A DNA stretch of 64,000 nucleotides from assembly GCA_963514005.1 (NCBI GenBank), contig OY740813.1:15066001-15130000 (forward strand). Direction: 5' to 3'. The first letter of the stretch is position 1. Each line of letters begins with the position of its first letter. The DNA comes from Raja brachyura (taxonomy: Eukaryota). The position numbers and the translations under genes are program-made. Below the pieces are notes generated by a model. It was not told where the DNA came from, did no database searches, and saw nothing but the letters and a program-made list of their open reading frames with translations. Below are positions 12,601-24,600 of this stretch, piece after piece.

Positions 12601-15600
12601 CAGCTGCCGTACCATGCTGTAATGCAGTATGTCAACAGGCTCTCAATGGACGAGCGGTAGAAGGTCAGCAGCAGGTTGGAGTCCAGGTTGTGCTTCCTGA
12701 GGACCCTCAGGAAGTGCAGCCGCTGCTGAGCCTTCTTGATGACCGCTGTGATGTTGTCTGTCCAGGAGATGTCAGCGGAGATGAGGACGCCGAGAAACCG
12801 GAAGGTGTGGACCCTCTCCACACACTCGCCGTTGATGTATAAGGGGGCTAAGTCGGTGCTGTGCTTCCTGAAGTCGACAATGAGCTCTTTGGTTTTCTTG
12901 GTGTTCAGAGCCAGGTTGTTTTCTGAGCACCAGGCTGTCAACTTCAGGACTTCCTCTCTGTTGGTGAGACCGCATCTAAAATATTGTGTTCAGTTCTGGG
13001 CACCATGTTATAGGAAAGATATTGTCTAACTTGAGAGGGTTCAGAAAAGATTTATGAGGATGTTGCCAGGACTAGAGGGTTTGAGCTATAGGGAGTGGTT
13101 GAGTAGGCTTGGTCTCTATTCCATGGAGTGCAGGAGGATGAGGGGTGATCTTATAGAGGTGTACAGAATCATGAGAGGAATAGATCGGGTAGATGCACAG
13201 AGTCTCTTGCCCAGAGTAGGGGTATCGAGGACCAGATGACATAGGTTCAAGGTGAGGGGGGAAAGATTTTATAGGAATCCGAGGGGTCACTTTTTCACGC
13301 AAAGGGTGGTGGGTGTATGGAACAAGCTGCCAGGGGAGGTAGTTCAGGCTGGGACTATCCCATCATTTAAGAAACAGATAGACAAGTACATGGATAGGAC
13401 AGGACAGGTTTGGAGGGAGCCAGGACAAGCACAGGCAAGTGGGACTAGTGTAGCTGGGACATTGTTGGCTGGCGTGGGCAAGTTGGGCCGAAGGGCCCGT
13501 TTCCACACTGTATCACTCTATGACTAAGTCTATGAAAGAAAGTGACCGGTAACCAGGTATTAATGATGGAGAAGGAGAGACCAACAGTGGAGTTACTGAA
13601 TCTGCAGAGTGCGCTCCCACTTCAGCTTGAAAGTAAGGGGTGGGCCACAGACACAAGCAGTAGATCTGTGGAGATGAAAGCAGTATATGTCATGCAAAGT
13701 TCAGGTCAACCAAAAAGCCAGAATTGCCTCAGTAGAGGAGACACTGAAATTACTAAAGAACGGAGCTTGGGTGAGCTAAAGATAATGGGTCTGAGTTTTC
13801 CACAATAAGGTGAATGTATTCAAGATTGGATGATCGGGCAAGCCGACAAATAGAATATACCTACATACAAAGTAGTTGAAAGAGTTAAGTGTAAGCCAAC
13901 CTTAGGTTTAGGTTTATTATTGTCACGCATACCGAGCTATGGTTAAAAAAAATGTTCTGCATGCTCTTCAAACAGATCAGATAATACTATAAATATATAT
14001 AATCAAATCAAACTCAAGTACAATATATAGAGCAAAGGGGAAGATACAGAGTGCAAAATATAGTTCTCAGCATTGTGGCACATTAGTTCTATAGACAAAG
14101 TCCAATGTCGACAATGGGCTAGAGGTGAATTGGACAATACTCTAGCTTATGGAAGGACCATTCAGAAACATGATAACTGAGGGGAAAAAGCTGTGACTAG
14201 TGGTGTATGCTTTCAACTTACTTTACCTTCTGCCAGGTGGGAGCAGGGAGAAAAATGAAATTACTTTTGTGGGACAAGTATTCGATTAACCTTGCAGCTA
14301 GGAATTCTGTCGTCAGCAGCTGGATACAGAGGAGGGAGCAAAGAAGGATTTCATGCAGTGACCACATGGGAAGAAAACATAAGCTGTCCATGGAAATGTT
14401 TCTGTTATAGGAGGTAGGAAACAAATAATTTGAGAAGCATCATTGATCTGGTCCAGATGCTGGACCACCATCGAAGAGATTTACTAGAGTCACAGCCACA
14501 AAAAAGCAGCCAGCATAATCAGAGATTAGCCACACTCATTTCACCCCTGCCATCAGGAAGATGGTACAGGAGCCTGAAAACTGTAACGTCCAGTTTCAGG
14601 AACAGCTTCTTCCCTACAGCTATTACTACAACCTCAAACAAGCTCTGAAGTACATAGACTATTATTGCACTATTATTGGGTTTTATTTATGTGTACGTGT
14701 GTGTGTGTGTGTGTGTGTGTATGAGTTTATAATATGTGTGTGTGTATTTGTGAGTATGCGTGTATATATATATACACACACACACTGAAGTTCTTTTTTC
14801 TATCGTTTATTATATTGTTTACAGTGTACTATGTTTACATATTATGTTGTGCTGTTGCAAGTAAGAATTTCATTGTTCTATCTGGGACATATGACAATAA
14901 AACACTCTTGACTCTTGTAAGAGAACTGAAGTGAGGCAAGTTAAACATTGATTCTTCATTGAGCTTCCTGCAAAGTCACAAAGTTTGCTGTTCCTGATTT
15001 ACAGTATCATCTCAATACCCAAGATTAATGAAGGACAAACGCTGGCATACATCAGCACCCTACAAGCTGTCAAAAGACATGTTCAGAAACTTGAGAAGTG
15101 AGGGAGGTAAAGGGCTTGTCCCACTTGGATGTCAATTGCGCGTCATTTACGCGACATCCTAAAAATTGGTTGGCGCGTTGTGATGCACGCATGGCGTGCA
15201 TGACCCGCGCATGGTGTGTGGCGAGACGTGGTGGTGTATGCAGTGACGCGCGGTAGCACACGGCACCCCAGGATTTTGGGATGCTCAAAATCCTCACGCG
15301 CCACCTGTGTGATGCGTAAATGTCGCTCAAGTGGGACAGGCCCTTAAGAGTGTGAGTGTGTGTCAATTTGTTTGGAAGGAACCATGGAATAAGATTTGCA
15401 CCTCATCAATAGAACAATCATTTAGTGACAGAAAGCAATTGTAAGGAACAGCTGTTTATAAAAATGCAGGGAAGTGTACAGGGGTCTGTGAGGGAAACTG
15501 TTTTTCTTAACACATATTAAATGACTTGGACTTGAGGGTAAAGTGCCTCAATTTCCAAGAAGTAAAATGCAATTTGAGGTCTCAGCAAAAAGGATAATCT

Positions 15601-18600
15601 TGGACATTTAGTGCTAGATATATAAATAAGAGAAATGGCAGAACATAACTTAGTGATTAGTGATTAGTGTTGTTGGAATTAGTGTGTTGGGCTTACTGGA
15701 GGTGCTTTTGTCAGTTCAGTCAAGAGCCTTCCTAAAACATAAAACATTTCTGCAACAGACAGAATCTGTTTTCTATAATCTTCTAGATCAAGGGATCCCA
15801 ACCTGGGGTAAATTTCACTGACCCAGGGGGTAAATTTGTTAATTCTGGATTTGTACATATTTTTCCTCATTGACTGACTGTGTTTGGTGGTATCTGTTCA
15901 TCATAAGTTGTTCATAAATAAGTGAAATAACATTGTTATATGCTATTAAAGTTGCCAGGGGTAAATGGGACAAAAAAGTTGGGAACCTCTGTTCTAGATT
16001 ATCAAAACGGAATATCTCTTAAACAGAGTAGAATAATCTAAAATTATGAGAGGCATGGATAGGGTAGACAGAACCTTTTTCCTCAGGGTGGAATTGTCAA
16101 AGACTAAAGGGCATAGCTTTAAGGTGAGAGGGATGACATTTAATGGAGATGGGTGGGGTAGTTTTATCACTACAGAGGAAGGCACTGTCACGAGTGGTGG
16201 TGGAGGGAGACAGGATAGTGGGTTTTAAGAGGCGTTTACACAGATATATGGGCAGAGGAGATTAGTTTAACTTGGAATCATGTTTAGCATAGACTTTGTG
16301 GGCCACAGGGCTGTCCATTGTGATGTACTCTTCTATGTTCTATAATAGAAACCAGCTCAATTATAAGTAAACCCAATTTAAAAATTACTTATTTTCTGAA
16401 ACTATTAATACCTGCAGGTCCACACGTGCTTTCTTACCAATTCGCTTGTGTTCATTTGCATCATACACGAGCCATTCATACACCTCATCACTAATACACA
16501 AGGCATTGTGTTTTACACAGAGCTCTGCGATCACCTGCAATTCTTCACATTTCAAGACCTAAATTAGGGTAAAATAAAGAACTGTTGAGTAATACATTTG
16601 AAGCAAATGAAAACCAAGCTAAACTTCCTTTCTTTGTGTTCTGTCCCACTGGATTAATCATTCTTTCATCTTTCTTGTGGCTCCTCTTTTCAGTCAGGTC
16701 ACGGAACTGACCCACTTCCTTTTACTCATTAGAGTGGAATGTCAGTCACAAAGCAGAGCATGTTGTTTTCACATCTTTTCTCAGTCTGAACGAGCCTGAT
16801 CACGCAGATTACAATTGTTTGGACCCCAGCAACAATGTTTTATCAAATACAATCTCCAACCTTCATTTTCATGGAGAAAAGAATGTTTCTTACCATTGTA
16901 TTTCATGGCTAAAATGCTTGGGTAATAATAGAACACGTCACCGAATTAAAATATAGTCTGTATTTGCAGAATACCTCAGCATGTCTTAGGAACATCCCCA
17001 AGAGCTTTACCGAAGATGAATGATAAAATACCATGTGATGTAATTAAATGCAGCAGTTGTTTTCCCCACAACAAGGTATTTCAAACAGCAAGGAGATGTT
17101 TTGATCAGTTTCACTGGGCGAGTCAGATGAATCTTGTGTTCTCTAGCAGTCCCAGGGCTTAATATCTTAATCCTTAATATCTTGAACCACTGAAACGGGC
17201 AGAAACAAATTGCTTGACTTGCAAGATGTCCCCCATGAACCACCCCGTTTGTCTCAGACTGATGAAGACCAAGTAAATTTGATACTTGTTTGTATTTTTG
17301 TTATTATTGTTTCAAAAACAATTTAATGCCACATTTCTATTCCACAAACACTACTTTCAACATTGTGGTCAAACATTTTAGACATGTTTTAAAGTCAATA
17401 TTTCCAAAGGTGATACGAACATGTCCTTTGCTTAATATTTTCGAGCATTTGGCAGTAGGAATTGGTGCCGCTCATAACATCAAGCGCGTGGACTTGAAAA
17501 TGGCACCAAAATTGGCGCCTCTGTATGCGGTCTCAGTGGACTATTTCCGTACACTTTGCTAATCGGGGATTGTGGTTAGGTATGGCAATACTTCACTGAG
17601 ATGTTTGCAAAAAAAGAATTTCACTGTGCGTTTATATACGTGACAACAAACCACCATTGAACCAGAGACAAAATTCTTCCTCGCAGTTTAGCTAAATAAC
17701 TGTTCAAATGAATTGTGACAAAAATCCCAATTTTTCTTAGGGTTAATTTTGGAATGGTGTATGTGAAGTAGGGCGAGCTGTGGACAATGATGGTAGGGAA
17801 AACATTTTAAGGGGGTGCAAGGGAGGTAAGTGCAGATGAAGTAGAAAAAGGGGCTGAAGTAACGGCAAGCTTGATGGTACATAGTTTGTGGTAAACGTTA
17901 ATTGAAGGGTGGCATGGTGGCACAGCTGTAAAAATGCTGCTATACAGCGCTTGCAGTGCTGGAGACCCGGGTTAGATCCTGACTACGGATGCTGTCTTTA
18001 CGGAGCTTGTACGTTCTCGCCCGTGTGTGTAAGATAGTGTCAATGTGCGGGGATTGCTGGTTGGTGCAGACCCGGTGGGCCGAAGGGCCTGTTTACATAC
18101 TTTATCTCTAAACTAAACTAAGGTGAAGTAGATAGGTGGTGAGGAGTTGGGCATCATGTTACAGTTGGATAAAACATTGGTTAGGTTGCACTTGGAATAT
18201 TACGATATGCTTCGGTAGAACTTCATTTATCCCAGGAGAGAAATTAATTTGCCAAAAGTCATAAAAAATACAAAATTCTGTGAAACATAAAATTAAAGTG
18301 ACGAGTTTAGGGGGGGGGGGGGGGAGGATAGTCAGTCTCGGTCTACTTCATGACAGGAGGGGAGGAGTTGTAAAGTTTGATAGCCACAGGGAAGAAGGAT
18401 CTCCTGTGGCGTTCTGTCCTGCACCTTGGTGGAACCAGTCTGTTGCAAAAGGTACTCTTCAGGTTGACTAGTGTGTCATGGAGGGGGTGAGCTGTACTGT
18501 CCAGGATGCTCCGCAGTTTGAGGAGCATCCTCCCCTCCAAGACCACCTCCCATGAATCCTACTCCGCCCCCAGGACGGATCCAGGCTTCCTGATGTGTTT

Positions 18601-21600
18601 GTTGATCCAATTGGCGTTCGCAGCCTTCCCCTGCTGCCTCAGCACACGGCAGAGAAGAAGATGGCACTGACTACCACCGATTGGTAAAACACCTGCAGCA
18701 TCTCACTGCTGACGTTGAAGGAATGGAGAGCGGAAGGAGAATTGTGTGCAGTTCTGGTCGCTACACAAGAAGAAGGATGTGATCAAGCTAGAGAATGTGT
18801 AGAAAAGATTCACAAGAATGTTTCCTGGATTGGAGGGTTTGAATTATTAAGACACATTTTACAGGCTAGGTCTGTTTTCCCTCAAGCAAAGGAGACTAAG
18901 TGGCATGATAGAAATATATTAAATATGAGAGGCATAAATAGAAGAGACACCCAGTGTTTATTTTTCATGGTAGGGGTGTCTAAAACTAGAGGATATAGGT
19001 TTAAGGTGTGAGGGAGGAGGTTTAAAGGAGATCAGGGGGTACCTTTTTTAATTGGAAGCTGGAATCTTGAATGAGCTGCCACAGGGAATGGTGGAGGCAG
19101 GAACATTAACAACATTTAAGAGACATTTGGGCAGGCACTTCAATGCACAGAGCATCGAGGGACATGGTATTAATGCAAGTAAATGGGATTAGTATATACA
19201 GTATAAGCATAGGCACGGTGGACAGAAGGCCACGCTGCTCAGCTGTAGAACTCGAGTAGTAGTGCTGTACAGCATTTATTGGCCCATGAAGCAATCTTTG
19301 CCATCCTTTACCTGTCAAGTTAAAATTAGAAGATACTTAAATATTGAGATTAACTTTTTGTCATTGGGGAATGGGTTTGTTGCCACCATTTAAACCAAAT
19401 TTTGCTTGGAAGTTTTTGGGGTGTTAATCATCCCCAGTCAAGTAAAAAAAATAAATGGAAGAGGCACGTTGATATTGTGTTCCTACTGGCTTGAATCTCA
19501 AAATGATTGGAGCAATAATAATTGAAAACAGTGCCTAGGGCAAAGCATTTCACTTCAATGTAGAGATACAGGCCATGTATCAAAGGTCTTGGAATCAATC
19601 ATCAAACTTCTTCCACAGAGTAGTGGGTATATGGAACAATCTCCATGAGGAAGCAGTTAAGGGAGGTTTTTTTGGGGGGTTTTGTTCTTTTTTTCTTTCG
19701 TCCCTCCCACAATATGTAATATGTGAATATGTGATTCTGTTCCATTCTGCCTGTAGTTTGTTTGTTTGTTTTTGCACAAAGTCAGCGAGCATTGCCACTT
19801 TTCATTTCACTGCACATCTCGTATGTGTATATGTAAGTGACAAATAAACTTGACTACAATAACAACATCTAAAAGACAATTTGACAGGTATATGGATAGG
19901 AACGGTTTTGAGGGATATGGGCCAAATGCTATTAGTTTACGGAATTAGTTTAGATGGGCATCTTGGTCAGCATGGACAAATTTGAAAAACAGGTTTGTTT
20001 TTGTGATGTATGATTATGAGTACATCACTTACATCTGGCCATCTACCTATTTCTTCATTTCAGGTGGCCTAGTTACACTGACACATACAAGTAGCCCAGA
20101 ATTTGTTAGAAAGTAGAGAGTACTTTTAAGGAAAATCAAGGCACTGCTTTAAGTCTGCTTATTTACTATGTTGCCAGGTTTTGAATCATTTGTGACCCAA
20201 TTTGTTCATACCAACTGCAATGCCTATATATACACCATTCCCATTTGCCTGCATTGGGCCCTTATTCCACTATGCCTTTGTTATTTAACGACTCACAAAT
20301 GAAGGTAAGAATATCAAATGCCTTCAAAGCTGTCCTTCTAGAATTAAAGTCACACAGGCATTACAAGGTAAGCAACATTGACCTCTGGGGACATCACGCT
20401 GTCTAATTCACATTAGTCAGGAACATTTAATGGCAATTTTCATTATAATACTCCTCCACCTGCAGATGGTGCTGTGTTCTAAAATTTCAGCGAACTGCAT
20501 TCACAAAATAATTATTTACAATGATTGCTTGCAGACTAGAGTTTGTTTTGAAGTATCAGCCATTTTCAAGCAGTCTAGAAGGCAAAATAGGTTAAAATAA
20601 AACCTCACATCTGCTTCATAAATGCACATTGAATTTCCAGACAATATCCATTAAGTCTCCTTTACATTCACCCAAAACCCAGCCCTGCTACATCTAAATG
20701 CAATGTTCCACCTACATTTTGTCAAACTATCAGTCCAAACCAAACCAGAATTACCAGAACCAGTAGTGTTACTTGCACAATAACAGCAGATGTCATGTGG
20801 GAAAAAACCTTTGTTTATCCAAGCTAAAAGATAATTATACATTGTCTACCATTGTAATGCTCATTGTAAACACATTAGTAATTATAATTTTGTTAGCACT
20901 CCTGACAGCAGTGCAGAAAATAATTTTGAACCATGGATGTTAAGTTTTCATGAGAATCTTTTTCCAGTGCTTCAAATGCAAAGTGGAATTGGGCATGGCT
21001 CAGTAGAAACGTGTTAAACTAAAACCTCATAGAAGCGGTTTGTTTCATTCAGTAAGCGGAATGCATAGGAGAAGCTTGTATCTCTCTTTTAGATTTCATT
21101 GAACTTCATCATGTTGTGAAACTAGTTTTGCTCCACAGATAATTGGTCTTTTCTGAAGACCAGCAGTCCTCTCCCATCATTAGAACAGCGGTGTTAATAT
21201 AATTCAATATTCTGGTCACCACGACTACCTTCTGCAAATGGATCACACCAAACAGCATGCATGTAAATTCTGCCACATCAGATGTCAGGAAGCTAAACCT
21301 TCATTCTTCCCCAATTCCTCCTATCTTAATTCAGTTATACCTGCACCCTCACCCCCCCCATCCCACCCCACCATTCCTCCAACCCTGCTTGACCTCATTT
21401 ATTATTTCCTCCCTGCGTGTAGTTGCACAGAAGAATAATTTCATAGTAAACATTAACTAAATATTTTACCAGTCTTGTATTTAGAAGTGGTTTATCAATA
21501 ATTACATGTATATTAACAGGCTCCACAGTCTTACCTTGCCAAGAGGGTTGTTTGGAGTGTTGATGACAATTGCTTTAGTACGTTTGTTGAATTTATTTGC

Positions 21601-24600
21601 TAATTCAACAGGATCCAATACCCAGTCGGCACTAGTCATTAACCTTCCAACTACTGGTTTCTGAAAGAACAATAGGTAACCTGCAAAATGTGTTTGGATA
21701 ACGGGAATGCTTTGCTTCTCTTATTGAGTTACACAGATATTAGTTCATTCCTGCAGCTACTTTTGCTGCTGTTCAGAAAATAATTTTACAGAAGTTACAC
21801 AAGAAAGCAAGTGAGTATTCATTAAATGTAAAGTAACATTCGTGTTCATGGGTAGAACTTGATAAGATATCTATGACCAGGCCAATAGTCATTCATACAT
21901 TAAATTAATCAAACATGTGATTTTAATCTATAGGAAGGATATGGTTATGTTGGAAAGGGCATAAAAGGGATTCAGCAGGGTGTTACCTGAGCTTGCAGTC
22001 TTGAGTTATAGGTTGATTTTTTTTTCTGTGGGGTGTAGGGGTCTGAGGGGCGACCTTATGAGGGTATACAAGATCATGAAAGGGAAGGGTGTACAAGATC
22101 ATACAGTGATTGGTCAGCATATCTCCCCTAGATAGAGGATACTAAATGTAGAGGGTGTAGGTTTAAGGCAATAAGGGAGAAATTTAAGAGGGACCTCAGG
22201 GCAACTGTTTCACTCAGAAGGTAGTCCGTATTTAGAATGAGCAGCTAGAGGAAACTACAGAAGCAGATACAATTATGACTTTCAAAGGATATTTGGACAG
22301 ATATATAGATAGGATGGGTTTAGAGCACTGTAGGCCACATGCAGGAAAATGGGACTAGCCTAGTATACCATCTTAATTAGCATGGACAAGGTGGGCCAAA
22401 GGGCTTGTTTTCATGTTATACAGCTCTATAACCTGAAGACAATCTCAAAGTACGAAAGCAATGTAAATACTTATTCTGCACAGAGCTGTTGAATTTGTGC
22501 CTGGATAACATAATTTGGTCTTAACTTTTAAACATTACAGAACTTTAAACATAATTTTGCAAATAAGCTTGGTTGGTGATAAGGGTTTAAAAAAGAGTTA
22601 AGTCTGTCATAGTGCATATTTTAATGCAACAAAAAAGTGTGACGGGATCTTTTATCATGTTCTCACCAACTCTAGAATCAGCTCTAATTTCCAATCCTGG
22701 TATACGATGGTAAAATATCTTTACATAGAAGAAATTTTCTTTAAAATATTCGAATTTTAAACTCCACAATGCAAACCCAGTAATAAAACAAATGTCGTTT
22801 TGATTTGGCTCCAGAGACTCACCGGTTGCAGTGAAATAAACACTGGCTGCCCACCTGCCATTCGAACCATGGGCTCATAACAATCAAAGTAAGGCTCAAT
22901 GATAATCACCTATATCGAAACAAAAAAAGATTTCAATCATAAATAGGAACCCTGGGTAAATGTTTCGCTTTGCAGTAACGCTAAGCACCTAATTGTAAGA
23001 TCAGTTTATTCAGAAACAGGTAGGCAATAAATCTGATACTTCTTGACTGTTTGCTTGAGTGACGCTCCACACTAAATGAGCTGCAGAAGAATACCTGGGC
23101 TTTTTGCTTGTTACTTGTTTAGTGCAGTGTTGTGTGGGAATGTTTTTAGCTCTTTGCATTGCTCATTCAGAAGTACCTTTTTATATTAACAAATAGTATG
23201 AAAGGTAGGTTGAAAATACCTTGTCAAAATCTAGCACGCTGATCAATTTTAACAAGCTATCAATTCTGCATGTTTTTTTTAAGTTGAAACTGGCAAGTTC
23301 TGAGAAGCTAAAGGCTTCCAATCATAAATGAAAACAGCTTAAAATTCCACGTATAAATGTTATCAACAGTTGTTCGAGCTCAAAAATGAAGTCCTCTATG
23401 GGACCACACAGGAAAAATGATTCTTCCAGAAAAATCATCAAGATTGAAGTATAGAATCTACTAATGCATTTTAAAACTATCTGCATCATTTTTACTGTTA
23501 ATTTTGATATGAGCTGGGCTTGTTCACAAAATGTACATTCAACAGGAGTATTTATTGAATTGGTAGAATACAAGAGACAAGGTCTACACAGGATCAAGCT
23601 CCAAAGGGTCCCTCAATTAAGGCGCCCCAAGATGTTTGAAAAAGTTTTTTTAGTTTAAAAAAAATAAAATTACTGGGTATACTGATTACAAGGTATACAG
23701 TTTTTACATAAGTTCCATTACACCTTTATAACAACAGCCTTGAAATCTACAAATATATAATGAACTAAATTGACTCAGTTAATCCAATCTCATTGGATTA
23801 AAAACATTTTTTATTAAAAGCTTGGAGTGATTTAAAAATAGTTTAATATTGAAAACTAACATTTCTAACAATTATCACATTTTAACTTTTCTGAGAGCAT
23901 CAACAGTATTCACCTACTTCATCTCCATCATCAACCATGGCCTGAAAGAAACAGAATAGGGCCTCGTATGCCCCAATTGTCACGAGCACCTCATTGAGTG
24001 GATCGATGTCTTGGCTCATTAATTTCCCAAAAAACTTGGCCAGAATTTTCACCAGCGGAGGGTGACCCTGAAAAGTACAGAGAAACAAACAAAAGAAAAG
24101 TTACAAGGTGTGATATTTTTAATTGAATTTATGAATGAAAAGATCCAGCATTAATCTAGATAATCATTGCTTCACAAAAAATATGATTTAAAAAAAAATT
24201 GGGGCTTTAATTTGTGACCAAGTGCCTTATTTTTTAATTTGTTCAGGACACAAGCAACTCTGACAAAGGAAAAAATATTTGTTACTTATTACTAGTTGTT
24301 TTTAATTTCATAATTTCTGAAATAACTCCAGAGGAAACTGCAACTCAACATCTGAGGACTTTATCACGCGCACAATGTCCCCCTGGAAAGACAATGGATC
24401 AAGAGGGTTTTACAATTCTGGTTTCATAGATGTTTAGTTTCATTTAAATTCAGATATGACTAAGTTCACATCTGCCTGCTCTTAAATTTCTATCAAATGA
24501 GTTACTATCGTCATCACCACAATCTCTAACTCCAAGCATTATTTTCAGCATATACCCCAGTAGTATTCACAAAATGATCGCTGATTGTGCATTTCACTGT

